Assembly (NCBI GenBank): GCA_937873135.1 | Contig: CALMVQ010000037.1 | Coordinates: 2,487 to 66,486 of the forward strand | From: an uncultured Scytonema sp. | Lineage (GTDB): Bacteria; Cyanobacteriota; Cyanobacteriia; Cyanobacteriales; Nostocaceae | Reading direction: 5' to 3' | DNA length: 64,000 nt | In this document: piece by piece, positions 46,832 to 57,371 of the stretch | Numbering within the stretch: position 1 is the first letter of the stretch | Layout of the letters: each line of letters starts with the position of its first letter | The notes under the pieces: model-generated | Database searches by the model: none | What the model saw: only the letters and a program-made list of their open reading frames with translations | Told to the model about the DNA's origin: nothing | Program-made: the position numbers and the translations under genes

Positions 46832-48484
46832 ATGATTCATATGCAATTCCAGCTTGCTAAAAATCGGCGTCAGGTATACTGGGCACAAGGATTATTGTGC
46901 GGTTTGACGATCGCTATGGGTTGGGGTACGGGAATGCCCTCCACTTTAGCCGCAGAAACAGTAACCATCCGCCTCGGTCCGTTTCAACAGTCAGTTGCGA
47001 TCTCGGACTTAGAAAAATTTGCCAAAACTGGGAGACTGCCTGAACAGCTGCAAATCTTTTCACCCATGCTGACACCACAAATACGAGCATTACTAACAAG
47101 GCGGTTGGCAGTCAATCCTAATATTGCAGACAAATTCATTAGTCAATTCATCCAAACGCCATCGGGTAAACAATTAATAACATCCTTAGGATTTGCTTTA
47201 CCAAACAGCACGGTAGAAAGCCTGCAAGCAACCCTGAACCTCACCTTGAGGCAGGTAAATGGTTTGAGTCCATTGAGTTTTTTACGCGCTTACCCGCAGG
47301 ATAATGTCACTGTAGATGCAACTAAAGCGATTGGTTTAGCTATCGAATTCAATGCCAATCATCTACAAAGCGAAGCTCTAGGGATTTTGCTAGCAAGAGA
47401 GTTATCATTAGACAATAATACACTTAGTAAACCAGCTTTTGACCCAACTGTTAGAGGCACTCAAATAGTTGAGCAGCAAACACTGTTTCTTCACGACAGA
47501 AGACGCGATCGCCTCATTCCGGTCGATATGTATTGGAGTCAAGGTAAAGCTCAAAATCCTCTAGTTGTCATCTCTCATGGTTTTGGTGCCAACCGGAAAT
47601 TTTTTCGCTCTCTAGCGCTTCATCTCGCTTCCAGAGGTATTACTGTTGCCGCAATTGAACATCCTGGTAGTAACGATGTCGCTGTCAGTAGATCCGCAGA
47701 TAAAAGCAGCTTGTCACAGTTATTAAAAGCCACGGAATTTATTGACCGACCTAAAGATATTAGCTTTTTACTTAATGAACTGGCGAGACTGAACACTCAA
47801 CCAGGACAACTTCAAGGAAAATTAAATACAGAGAATGTGACTGTCATTGGTCATTCCTTGGGTGGTTACACTGCTTTGGCTTTGGTGGGAGGAGAGTTAA
47901 ATTTAGACAAATTGCGGCAATTCTGCAAAGATTCTCTCTCTATTGGCGAATCTCCAGGAGATTGGTTACAGTGTACCGCAGCTTCTTTGCCAGATCACAA
48001 ATTACAGTTGAAAGATGAACGAGTGAAGAGTGTGATCGCTCTTAACCCCCTGGTTGGTGAACTTTTTGGCGATAAAGGGCTCACACACATCACTCCTCCA
48101 GTTTTAATCTTAAGCGGAACTGAAGATGCCCTCACCCCAGCACTAAGGCATCAAATAGAACCCTTTAACCAACTGCGAGGTCCTAAGTATTTGTTAACAG
48201 CCATTGGTGGCACTCACTTAAGTATCAGTGATTCGGAGTATCCAGTAACTGAAGCTACCTCCATTGTCCAAGAACGGCGTGGAGAAGAAACCAAATACCT
48301 CCGTCAATTAATTCGCGGTGTGAGTTTGGCATTTATCAAACAACAGACACCAGAAGCCAAAATTTACCAACCTTTCCTAACACCAGCCTACGCCCAATCT
48401 CTCTCTACACCCCAAATGCCGTTACGTCTTGTTTCCGAGTTACCAGCAAGTATCAAATCTTTGCTGGATTTTGCAGTAAAGTAA
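46832..48484 (+). CDS. DUF1400-type N-terminal domain plus alpha/beta hydrolase
   Basis: Signal peptide, an ETVTIRLGPFQQSVAISDLEKFAKTG region, and the nucleophile elbow GHSLGG. Confidence 0.75.
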   Translation: MIHMQFQLAKNRRQVYWAQGLLCGLTIAMGWGTGMPSTLAAETVTIRLGPFQQSVAISDLEKFAKTGRLPEQLQIFSPMLTPQIRALLTRRLAVNPNIADKFISQFIQTPSGKQLITSLGFALPNSTVESLQATLNLTLRQVNGLSPLSFLRAYPQDNVTVDATKAIGLAIEFNANHLQSEALGILLARELSLDNNTLSKPAFDPTVRGTQIVEQQTLFLHDRRRDRLIPVDMYWSQGKAQNPLVVISHGFGANRKFFRSLALHLASRGITVAAIEHPGSNDVAVSRSADKSSLSQLLKATEFIDRPKDISFLLNELARLNTQPGQLQGKLNTENVTVIGHSLGGYTALALVGGELNLDKLRQFCKDSLSIGESPGDWLQCTAASLPDHKLQLKDERVKSVIALNPLVGELFGDKGLTHITPPVLILSGTEDALTPALRHQIEPFNQLRGPKYLLTAIGGTHLSISDSEYPVTEATSIVQERRGEETKYLRQLIRGVSLAFIKQQTPEAKIYQPFLTPAYAQSLSTPQMPLRLVSELPASIKSLLDFAVK

Positions 48485-48660
48485 GTACCCAATCATATAA
48501 TTAGGGTTCATAGCTTAAAGCTAATGGGTGACGACGGTCTTGCTTGTTACCGCCACTTATGATATGAAAATTACACATTGTAGAGATTAGACTGAAGGTA
48601 GGACAAGGCAATACCGCGTCCTTAAAGTAAATTCCTTTAAAAGCTGGATAGGGAGCATAC

Positions 48661-49509
48661 ATGGAGCCAATTATTGCTATAGTCTTAGTACTCATAGGCT
48701 ACGCATTAGGATCTGCAAAACTTATTAATCAAGGGAATGAAGCCTTAGTAGAGCGCTTGGGGCAATATCATCGCAAACTTAACCCAGGTCTCAACTTCAT
48801 TGTTCCCCTAGTCGATCAAATTGTGATGGAGGATACAACACGAGAACAGGTTTTAGACATAAAGCCTCAGAATGGTATCACCAGAGACAACATCTTTTTG
48901 GAAGTAGATGGCGTCGTCTACTGGCGCATCAAAGATATCAAGAGAAGCTTTTACGAAATTGACGATCTCCAACAGGCGCTGACAAACTTAACAGCAACGA
49001 CACTTCGGGAAGTTGTCGCCCGGAACACCTTGGAAGAAATCAATGCCGCTAGATCTGAGGTGAACAGATCCCTCTTGGATGAGTTAAATATTCAAACGAC
49101 AGAGTGGGGAGTTCAAATTATGCGGGTAGATATTCAGAGCATTACACCACCTGAGAGTGTCAGGAAGTCGATGGAAGAGCAACGGGCATCTGAAATCAAA
49201 AGCCGCGCTGCGATAACAGAAGCAGAGGGAGAGCGACAAGCTGCGATTTTGAAAGCAGAAGGAACGAAAAGCTCTATGAAAATTATTTCTGAAGCTTTAC
49301 GTACTATTCCCGACAGTCAGGAAGTTTTGCGATTTATCGAGAATCAAGAACAAATTAATGCTAGCTACAAACTCAGTGAGAGCAAAAATGCCAAAGTTGT
49401 GTTTGTAGACGCAAACGCGAGAAAGTCCCCAGACATGATTAACCGTATATCTCTTGGGGAAGCACGTCACGAAATGATTCATTCTCATGAAGAAGAGGAA
49501 GAAGTTTAA
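48661..49509 (+). CDS. SPFH/Band-7 (stomatin/HflC-like) protein
   Basis: An N-terminal TM helix followed by the ERLGQYHRKLNPGLNFIVP motif. Confidence 0.85.
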   Translation: MEPIIAIVLVLIGYALGSAKLINQGNEALVERLGQYHRKLNPGLNFIVPLVDQIVMEDTTREQVLDIKPQNGITRDNIFLEVDGVVYWRIKDIKRSFYEIDDLQQALTNLTATTLREVVARNTLEEINAARSEVNRSLLDELNIQTTEWGVQIMRVDIQSITPPESVRKSMEEQRASEIKSRAAITEAEGERQAAILKAEGTKSSMKIISEALRTIPDSQEVLRFIENQEQINASYKLSESKNAKVVFVDANARKSPDMINRISLGEARHEMIHSHEEEEEV

Positions 49510-49511
49510 TC

Positions 49512-50378
49512 TCAAAACAGGACATGCGGAGACTGCCTGAAAAGTGCATCGGCAACCAGGCAAACATCACGCATCTCTCTAACATCGTGAATTCGGAGAA
49601 TATTAGCCCCTTTAACAATAGCAGCACAACACGCCGCCGCTGTTCCCCAGGCTCGTGCTTTCGGGTCTGGTTGATTCAAAATTCGACCAATGAAACTTTT
49701 GCGAGATGGTCCTACTAAAATCGGACAGTTGAGTTGATGCAATTCGGGCAAGCGGCGAAAAATTTCTAAATTTTGCTCGTAGTTTTTCGCAAAGCCAATA
49801 CCAGGATCGATAATTATTTTTCCTCGCTTGATGCCTACCGCAGTTGCAGCAACAATTTGTCCTGCTAAAAAACGAGAAATCTCCCCCATCAAATCCTGAT
49901 AATGAGTGAGATGATGCATCGTCTGCGGGTTTCCTCGGATGTGCATTAACACAATTGGCACACCCTTTTTTGCCACAGTTAGCAGCATTTCTGGGTCAAA
50001 TGTGCCTCCCGATATATCATTGACTACATCGGCTCCCGCTTCAATAGACTTTTTTGCTACCTCAGCCCTAGTTGTATCTATTGAAATTGGTACGGAAATT
50101 TGTTCTCGTAGTATCTCCAAAACTGGTAGCACCCGATCTAGTTCCTCTGCAAGGCTTATTTGCTCTGCTTTCGGTCGAGTCGATTGACCGCCTACATCGA
50201 TAATGTCCGCACCAGCAGATACTAATGCTTGTGCTTGTAATAAAGCAGTTTTCGGCGTGTTAAAATTGCCACCATCACTGAAACTATCAGGCGTAATATT
50301 TAAAACACCCATTAAATAAGTCCGCTGTTCCCACTCAAAACTGTGTCCCCGAATCATTAGGTTATTTAGGTCTGGCAT
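49512..50378 (-). CDS. folP: Dihydropteroate synthase
   Basis: Contains GVLNITPDSFSDGG, DVGGQSTRP and IDPGIGFAK motifs. The start is taken as the ATG at 50378; the longest ORF starts with TTG at 50393. Confidence 0.92.
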   Translation of the reverse strand: MPDLNNLMIRGHSFEWEQRTYLMGVLNITPDSFSDGGNFNTPKTALLQAQALVSAGADIIDVGGQSTRPKAEQISLAEELDRVLPVLEILREQISVPISIDTTRAEVAKKSIEAGADVVNDISGGTFDPEMLLTVAKKGVPIVLMHIRGNPQTMHHLTHYQDLMGEISRFLAGQIVAATAVGIKRGKIIIDPGIGFAKNYEQNLEIFRRLPELHQLNCPILVGPSRKSFIGRILNQPDPKARAWGTAAACCAAIVKGANILRIHDVREMRDVCLVADALFRQSPHVLF

Positions 50379-50512
50379 ATCATAAACTACCAAGCTTTAC
50401 CCGCCAACGCTCTCATCAGTTTGCTTCTTCCTCAAATAGAGAATTTTTGAGAGTTAACAGTTGACTGTCAACTCCCAAGAACCATATGAGTAAATGACAT
50501 CTGGAAATGCAA

Positions 50513-51256
50513 CTAAGCACTGTAATTCACAATGCGAGCAAAACTTGCAGGTTCTAAACTTGCTCCTCCCACCAGCGCACCATCTATTTCTGGTTGAGCC
50601 ATAATTTCATCTATATTACTGGGTCGGACGGAACCACCATATTGAATCGGTACATTAGGATTACTCAACTGGCTGCGAATTGACTTAATGATCAGATTGG
50701 CTTCTTTTGCTTCACAAGTGTCACCAGTGCCGATCGCCCATATGGGTTCATAAGCAATCACTAAACTCTCTTGATCAACGTTTACCAGGTCTTTTTTTAT
50801 CTGAGTCGCAATCAATGATTTGGTTTCATTGGCATCACGCTGTTGTTTCGTTTCACCCACACAAAGAATTGGGGTAAGACCATAGCGTTGAGCGGCTCTA
50901 AGTCGCAGATTTACGGTTTCGTCCGTTTCGCCAAAGTATTGTCGCCGTTCACTATGACCGACAATCACATAACGCACCCCCATTTCCGTCAGCATCGATG
51001 CAGAAATTTCACCTGTGAAAGCTCCGCATTCTTCCCAATGCACATTTTGTGCTCCCAAATTTACACGACTCCCGTGCAAATTTCTGGATAACACGCTTAA
51101 ATCAGTAAAGGGAACGCACAATACAACTTCTCGCTCTTCAGGGGTTTCCTCTAAGGTAGGCAGAAATCCTTGTAAAAACTCCTCGGAATCTGCCTGGGTT
51201 TTAAACATTTTCCAGTTACCAGCAATAACGATTTTCCGCACAGGTAATTTAGTCAA
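50513..51256 (-). CDS. tpiA: Triosephosphate isomerase
   Basis: Contains [25 protein letters not shown] and GGASL motifs. Confidence 0.95.
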   Translation of the reverse strand: MTKLPVRKIVIAGNWKMFKTQADSEEFLQGFLPTLEETPEEREVVLCVPFTDLSVLSRNLHGSRVNLGAQNVHWEECGAFTGEISASMLTEMGVRYVIVGHSERRQYFGETDETVNLRLRAAQRYGLTPILCVGETKQQRDANETKSLIATQIKKDLVNVDQESLVIAYEPIWAIGTGDTCEAKEANLIIKSIRSQLSNPNVPIQYGGSVRPSNIDEIMAQPEIDGALVGGASLEPASFARIVNYSA

Positions 51257-51619
51257 AATCCTTAAGCTACTAGATGCATATTTTAGTTTAGGGCTTTTTT
51301 ATGATCATTTATCAAGAAGTATATAGCCAACCGTTTTCCAGCTATAATTTATACTTTATGTACTTATAAGGTCATCGAAAAAGTGGGCAGGGCTTCCTGT
51401 GCCTACCTGTACAGAATATTTAATATGTACGAATTCGGGAATTGCTATACTCATCTCTCCTTCATCTTCATAATAAAAATCACTAGGATCGAAGTGGCTT
51501 AAACTTAAAATCTGTCGAAGGAAAGTTCGCTACGCAGGGAAACCCCTCGGGCAGGCATCACCGCCAAGAGCGCTGGCTTCCTGGCAACTTTCTGCAAAAT
51601 CTATGGCTCCAAAATTGAT

Positions 51620-53101
51620 ATGAATTCGATATTACCCGATCCCGATCCCAGCGATTCGCCCAGCACAAATGAAAATTCCTTGAACGGCGAAGACGAACTC
51701 GATAGCGCTATTTCCGGCTTTGAAGAAATTCAGGCGGAACTTAACTATCAACAGGCACAGACAGCACTCTCAAATTTAGTCGCTCATCTCGATCTCAAAC
51801 CCCAAGAAAGAGAAGGACTTGAGCAGGAAATTGCCGATTTGGAAATGATGCTCTCAAAATTAGAGCGCATGGTCGTACAAATTGCTACCTTTGGAATGGT
51901 GGGACGGGGTAAATCTTCCTTGCTTAATGCTTTGGTAGGACAACCAGTGTTTGAAACGGGTGCGTTGCATGGCGTTACGCGTACTGCCCAACGAGTGAAT
52001 TGGAGTGTTGATGAAGAAGCCATTGGGGAAACAGAACGCACTTTACGAGTCACTCTACCTGCAATAGGTGAATCGCAGGTGGAATTAATCGATACACCTG
52101 GGTTAGACGAAGTGGATGGTGAAACCCGTGCGGCTTTAGCTCAACAGGTAGCAAAACAAGCGGATCTGATTCTGTTTGTGATTGCTGGCGACATGACGAA
52201 ACTAGAACACCTCGCTCTGTCTCAGTTGCGGGAAGTGGGTAAACCAATATTATTAGTGTTTAACAAAGTAGACCAGTTTCCAGAAGCAGACAGGATGGCA
52301 ATTTATCACAAAATCCGGGATGAACGGGTGAGGGAAATTCTGTCTCCTGAGGAAATTGTGATGGCAGCAGCATCGCCATTGGTGAAAACGGCAATTCGTC
52401 GCCCAGATGGAACGAGGAGCGTACAGTTACGTGCAGGGACTGCCCAAGTCGAAGAACTGAAGCTGAAAATATTGGAGATTTTGCACCACGAAGGCAAAGC
52501 CTTGGTTGCGCTGAACAGCATGCTTTATGCTGACAACGTCAATGAGCAATTGGTGCAGCGCAAACTGATGATTCGGGATTTGAGTGCAAATCAGTTGATT
52601 TGGAAAGCTGTGATGATCAAAGCTGTGGCGATCGCTCTCAATCCTGTAACGGTTGTAGATTTTCTCACTGGTGCGATCATTGATATTGTTCTAATCCTGG
52701 GTTTATCAAAGCTTTACGGCATTCCCATGACAGAAGTGGGAGCGCTGAAATTGTTACAAAAAATCGCCCTGAGTATGGGCGGTATTGGTGCCAGTGAACT
52801 GCTAGCTTCTTTAGGCTTGAGTTCTCTGAAAACTTTACTTGGTATTTCTGTACCCGCGACTGGTGGTGCTTCTTTCGGACCTTATTTGTCAGTCGCACTC
52901 ACACAAGCTAGTGTTGCTGGTGTTTCTACTTACGGTATTGGTCAAGTTACCAAAGCTTATTTAGCTAATGGGGCAACATGGGGAGCAGATGGTCCTAAAG
53001 CCATAATTAATAGAATTTTGGCATCCCTTGATGAAAGTTCAATTCTCAACCGGATCAAAGACGAATTACTTGAAAAAATAAAAGTGAGGAGCGAAAAATA
53101 A
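51620..53101 (+). CDS. GTP-binding protein with a C-terminal DUF697-like membrane domain
   Basis: G1 is GMVGRGKSSLLNAL, G3 is DTPGLDE and G4 is NKVD. The C-terminus is hydrophobic. Confidence 0.75.
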   Translation: MNSILPDPDPSDSPSTNENSLNGEDELDSAISGFEEIQAELNYQQAQTALSNLVAHLDLKPQEREGLEQEIADLEMMLSKLERMVVQIATFGMVGRGKSSLLNALVGQPVFETGALHGVTRTAQRVNWSVDEEAIGETERTLRVTLPAIGESQVELIDTPGLDEVDGETRAALAQQVAKQADLILFVIAGDMTKLEHLALSQLREVGKPILLVFNKVDQFPEADRMAIYHKIRDERVREILSPEEIVMAAASPLVKTAIRRPDGTRSVQLRAGTAQVEELKLKILEILHHEGKALVALNSMLYADNVNEQLVQRKLMIRDLSANQLIWKAVMIKAVAIALNPVTVVDFLTGAIIDIVLILGLSKLYGIPMTEVGALKLLQKIALSMGGIGASELLASLGLSSLKTLLGISVPATGGASFGPYLSVALTQASVAGVSTYGIGQVTKAYLANGATWGADGPKAIINRILASLDESSILNRIKDELLEKIKVRSEK

Positions 53102-53185
53102 AGTGAGGAATGGGGAATCAAATGAAGAACGAGTATGAGAAAGGAATAAAAACTATAGCTCCTAATTCCTAACTCTTACCGCTTC

Positions 53186-54850
53186 TTAGTTTCTACTCTT
53201 AAAAGAGTTTAACCAATGTCTGACCTGCTCGGCAGCAATATCGCGAGAGCCCAGACCAAAAGATAGAGCAACAGCGATCGCCACGGCTCCTAGTAAAAGT
53301 CCAAAGGCTAAATTCACAATATCCGTGGCAACACCGATCTGTTGCAATGCCATTGCTGATACTAGACAAATAATCGCAATCCGCGCTACTTGACCCAAGA
53401 TCCTTGCTTGGCGATCGCCAGAACTGGTAATGATATTAAAAGCTAGATTTGCTAAAAACAACCCAACAGCAAACACCACCAAACCTGCCAAAATTCGCCC
53501 CAAGATAACGACTATACCCGTGACGAGGATTGTTAGTGCCTGAATATTCAAGATATTGACTGCGGCGACAGTTGCAAACAGCATAATGCCGACTAAGACA
53601 ATAATGCCGACCACTTCCGATGGGGTACGGGTTGAGATTCGACTTTGTGGTGTTGTTGGTTCTGGAATCACAACTCTTCTCGTCGGTGATGGCAGACCTA
53701 AGATCGAGAAAATGTTGTCAAAACCTATACTTGTGAGGATATTGGTAACGAGTTCTGCAACGAATCGTCCAAAGAAATAGGCAATAATCAAAATAGCTGC
53801 TGCCGTAAAGATTGCAGGCAGTGTATTGAGAATCTGTTGCAGCATGGAAATTGCTGGCACAGAAATTGCCTGAATTTGGAGAGTGTTCAACGCGGCGATC
53901 GCAACAGGGATCAAAATCAAGACATAGACAAGTGTGCCGATAATCGCTGATAGAGATTGCATCCCTGTTGAACTACTGCGGGTGAACCCAAACCGACTCC
54001 CCAAATTGTCAATGCCAGTTGTCATTAACAAGTTCGTGACAATCCGCCGCACGATATTCGCCACAAACCAGCCAATTGCCGCAATGAGTATTGCACCGAG
54101 AATATTTGGCAGAATTGACAGAATCTGTGTAATCAGAGTTTGTACTGGTTGTAGTGCCTGCCTGAGCCCTAGTGCATCTAGTATCGGGGCAAGAAACAGT
54201 AAAAAGATAAACCAATATAGGGCATTGCCAATTGTCTCACTTAGTGAGACACGACTACTGCTTAGGGAGGTTGTGTCTTCTGGTGGATTTACGCGCTCGT
54301 CTATTCGTAATGCGTTCAATCCACGTACAGTTATTAGTTTGACTACTGTGGCTACTAACCAAGCTGCCGCAAAAAGGATTGCCGCACCCACAAGCTTGGG
54401 TAAGAAATCACCAACTTGATTGAGAAAACTATTGAGTGGCTGAGAAGCAACTCTGAGATTTAGAGTGTCTAAAACGGCAACTATCGTGATCAGCAATATA
54501 GCCCAGAAGACTAAGCTGGAGATAATTTTCTCCACCTGGGGAAGTTCTCTACCCGTGATTCCAGTAGCAATCCGGTTATCGATATTTGTACGATTGAGCA
54601 GGGAACGAGTCAGTGCAGCTGCGATCGCCGCAATTACCCAACCAACTAACAAAATCAGTACGGCTCCCAACAATGTGGGCAGAAAATTAATCACCTGCTG
54701 CAAGCTTCCTTGCGCGTAATCGACGATACCACCAGGTTGAGTTGTTGGTAACGTTGGCGATTGTGCTAATAATCGCTGTCCTCCGGTTGACCTACCAACT
54801 TCCATCACCTGGATTATTCCTTGCCAAGTTGTGTTCATGGTTTTCTGCAA
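53186..54850 (-). CDS. Multi-pass membrane protein built from repeated conserved-TM-helix units (mechanosensitive-channel-associated type)
   Basis: 554 aa with a repeated (L/I)P.(L/I)(L/V)GA..I....W..A pattern about five times. Confidence 0.6.
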   Translation of the reverse strand: MQKTMNTTWQGIIQVMEVGRSTGGQRLLAQSPTLPTTQPGGIVDYAQGSLQQVINFLPTLLGAVLILLVGWVIAAIAAALTRSLLNRTNIDNRIATGITGRELPQVEKIISSLVFWAILLITIVAVLDTLNLRVASQPLNSFLNQVGDFLPKLVGAAILFAAAWLVATVVKLITVRGLNALRIDERVNPPEDTTSLSSSRVSLSETIGNALYWFIFLLFLAPILDALGLRQALQPVQTLITQILSILPNILGAILIAAIGWFVANIVRRIVTNLLMTTGIDNLGSRFGFTRSSSTGMQSLSAIIGTLVYVLILIPVAIAALNTLQIQAISVPAISMLQQILNTLPAIFTAAAILIIAYFFGRFVAELVTNILTSIGFDNIFSILGLPSPTRRVVIPEPTTPQSRISTRTPSEVVGIIVLVGIMLFATVAAVNILNIQALTILVTGIVVILGRILAGLVVFAVGLFLANLAFNIITSSGDRQARILGQVARIAIICLVSAMALQQIGVATDIVNLAFGLLLGAVAIAVALSFGLGSRDIAAEQVRHWLNSFKSRN

Positions 54851-55140
54851 TTCAGGTTATATACTCTTGCAAAAACACACTTTTAGTGCTTGTGAAGTAG
54901 ATTACTGTCAACAATTTTCAACTTCGGCAAGTTCACGTGTGTTTTGCCTACAAATTTACCAGTAAAAGTAGCACAAAAGGTTGATATTAAGCGGAATTTT
55001 TTTATAGTAATTAGTACCGCAATTAGGAGAACAGCAATCAACAAAGGAAGCACTCAGGCGTGATTATTTTTCCCCTCCCCCTACTCTTTGTTGAGCATTT
55101 TGGGTTATTCTAAGTGCAGCAGCAGCATAAAAGATGTGCA

Positions 55141-55584
55141 ATGTTCCAAACTTTTGAACAATCAATTCAAATTAATGCCACAGCTACAGTGGTGGAGCGT
55201 TGTATTACAGATCGTGTATTAATGCATCGCTGGCTCAATCCGGTGTTGCGTTGTGAACCTGTAGGCGACTGGAGTACTGATGTCGGTAGTCAAAGTCGGT
55301 TTGTTGTACAAATACCTGTCATCAAACCTACATTAGATAACAAAGTTGTGGAAAGACAACCAGGCTTGGTCGTATGGCAGTTTGAAGGTTTTTTTAGAGG
55401 ACGCGATCGCTGGGAATGTCAACCAGCAGATAAAGGAACTTGCCTGCTGAACCGTTTTGAATTCGAGATTCCCAACCCGCTAGTCAGTTGGGGTTTTAAA
55501 ACCTTTGCTCAAGCTTGGACAAAAGATGATATGCAAGCTCAACTGCGTCGTCTCAAGCGTGTAGCAGAGGAAATCGGCACTTGA
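55141..55584 (+). CDS. SRPBCC (polyketide cyclase/START-like) family protein
   Basis: About 147 aa. The FEQSIQINA....V...I beginning is typical of SRPBCC proteins. Confidence 0.6.
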   Translation: MFQTFEQSIQINATATVVERCITDRVLMHRWLNPVLRCEPVGDWSTDVGSQSRFVVQIPVIKPTLDNKVVERQPGLVVWQFEGFFRGRDRWECQPADKGTCLLNRFEFEIPNPLVSWGFKTFAQAWTKDDMQAQLRRLKRVAEEIGT

Positions 55585-55699
55585 TCATCAGTTTCAGCTT
55601 GCAGGCGGTATCAGGACAATAGTGCCATCATTCTCACAGATTGATGCTAACTTTGGCGGTGGAAATATTACCAATACCCTTATTAAAGATGACGACAAT

Positions 55700-56239
55700 T
55701 TACTTGCTAGCTGGCGTTTTTGTGTCAAAATACTCGCGCCAACGGCTGATCCGACCATCCTTAAAATCAACGATGATGACGTCATCTGCTTGATTACGAC
55801 GACCTGTGTTTTTTTCAGTATCTTCGTAGTGCCACTGTACCGCAGCCTGATTATGATCAACAATAATCCGCTGAATGTCTATTTTCACATCTTTATACCG
55901 CTGAGCAAAATGTGTTACTTCTTCTCGAATTCTCCCCTGTCCAAGCCACATTTGACCAGGTATCATGAGTTCACCGTCAGGCGTAAACAGTTGTGTGAGT
56001 GCATCAGCGTCTTGAGCAATCCAAGCCTCTCTGGCTTTCTCAATTAACGATTCAACATCCTGTTGCCTCTTAGATTGATTAACAAATACATATACACTAC
56101 TAACGAGTACACCAAAGATGAGCGCTATTACGATCCATTTAGATAGCTTTGCCATCCAGATTTTTCCCAAGCTCTTTTTCTCTATCATTACATCTTGAAC
56201 ACTACCAACGTTTATATTTTGGGTTGTGTCGTCTCCCAA
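55700..56239 (-). CDS. Membrane-anchored SnoaL/NTF2-like domain protein
   Basis: An N-terminal TM helix is followed by a ...W...DADAL..LF..DG segment, and the protein ends in ...RWREYFD. Confidence 0.6.
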   Translation of the reverse strand: MGDDTTQNINVGSVQDVMIEKKSLGKIWMAKLSKWIVIALIFGVLVSSVYVFVNQSKRQQDVESLIEKAREAWIAQDADALTQLFTPDGELMIPGQMWLGQGRIREEVTHFAQRYKDVKIDIQRIIVDHNQAAVQWHYEDTEKNTGRRNQADDVIIVDFKDGRISRWREYFDTKTPASK

Positions 56240-56280
56240 GGGGAGAAGCCCCGTCTATGAGCGAGCGGGGTGCTGACTAA

Positions 56281-56330
56281 TTGGTAATTAGTAATTAGTG
56301 ATTAGGGAAAAGGTGATTGGTAATTGGGTA
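56281..56330. repeat. STRR-like heptamer tract (TAATTGG / TAATTAG / TGATTAG units)
   Basis: Consecutive 7-nt units are visible directly. Confidence 0.7.
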
Positions 56331-56410
56331 CTTGCTTGTTATTCTTTCTTTCCGTTACCCATGTGACCGGGACACGGAAAGAAAGTTACCATACCCTGCA
56401 CCGAAGCCCT

Positions 56411-56506
56411 GACGCTCGAAGACTCGCTACCGCTGACGCTCGAAGACTCGCTACCGCTGACGCTCGAAGACTCGCTAACGCTAACGCTAACGCTAACGCT
56501 AACGCT
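56411..56506. repeat. Tandem repeat: 3 x 24 bp (GACGCTCGAAGACTCGCTACCGCT), then AACGCT x 4 (5 counting the end of unit 3)
   Basis: Units 1 and 2 are identical, and unit 3 has one change (C to A). The hexamer run follows directly. Confidence 0.9.
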
Positions 56507-56737
56507 GCGCTATCGGGTGACGCTCCAACTGGAGCGTCCGCTACGTGTAGCTTGCTTAGAGAGGAGGGGTACGTCGTTCAAGGCAGCGTCTCCCTTTGGG
56601 AGAAGATCGCAGTCGCCGTCTCTAGCGGGCTAACCCTCATACAGCGCTGCTCTGTCTACGGAATTGCTTATCGCTTGCAACTCAAGCTTTTTTAATTTTG
56701 AGTTCCAAGGTAGCAGTACTAGCATCTGAGGTGATTA

Positions 56738-57037
56738 CTACGAGAGTGCATCCTCCTGATGGGTGCGAATGGTGCAGTCAGATGCCGGATAGGCATAGCA
56801 AGTGAGTACATTTCCTGCCGCAATCTGCTCGTCATCTAAAAAATTTTGATCGGACTGGTCAACTTTACCCTCAACAAGCGTTCCATTGCATGTTGAACAA
56901 GATCCGGCACGACATGAATAGGGTAGATCTATTTCTGCTTCTTCTGCGGCATCGAGAATATACACATCGTCATCGACCTCAATGGTTTTGTCTAAACCTT
57001 CTTCTTCATTAATTAATCTAACTTTATAAGTTGCCAT
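56738..57037 (-). CDS. Plant-type [2Fe-2S] ferredoxin
   Basis: [14 protein letters not shown]...[14 protein letters not shown]...VLTC, with the cluster cysteines conserved. Confidence 0.92.
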   Translation of the reverse strand: MATYKVRLINEEEGLDKTIEVDDDVYILDAAEEAEIDLPYSCRAGSCSTCNGTLVEGKVDQSDQNFLDDEQIAAGNVLTCYAYPASDCTIRTHQEDALS

Positions 57038-57371
57038 GCAATAGTCCTCTGATTAAAAAAAACAGCAGTTGGATCGGAAGAATTTAGCCCGTAGTTTCAA
57101 GCACTTAGCTGGCTTAAGTTATCAGCATTAGGCTTAGAGCAGATGTTTGACAGAAGTTTTTTTCTGTGTTAACGCCTGATTTGCTAAAGTGCTGAATAAT
57201 TACGTCTAAGTTTTAGACTAGCAGTCTCTGTAGTTTAACTTAAATAACATTTACACAAAAACTCATTTAACTTAACTAAATTTATTAAACCGTAAAGATT
57301 TTTTCATATAAAAATTAACTTCATCGCTTACTCTAGATTTTGAGCCAACTACATAGTACTAAAGACGTTTT

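Noticed and set aside
51582-51597. TGGCAACTTTCTGCA upstream of the GTPase gene as a sigma-54 promoter
   Set aside because: The GG-to-GC spacing is 9 nt and the -24 element is TGGCAA, so it is probably fortuitous.
53934-54419. 161-aa plus-strand ORF downstream of the antisense TGGCAC-N5-TTGC match
   Set aside because: It lies entirely antisense to a well-supported membrane-protein gene. Its composition is Arg/Ser/Thr-rich, typical of antisense frames of hydrophobic genes.
56411-56506. Tandem repeats as a possible CRISPR array
   Set aside because: The units are directly adjacent with no spacers, are short (24 and 6 bp), and no cas genes are nearby.
56324-56695. 123-aa ORF (…DARRLATADARRLATADARRLANANANANANA…)
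   Set aside because: Its sequence is simply the translated 24-bp and 6-bp tandem repeat, with no start context, so it is treated as non-coding.
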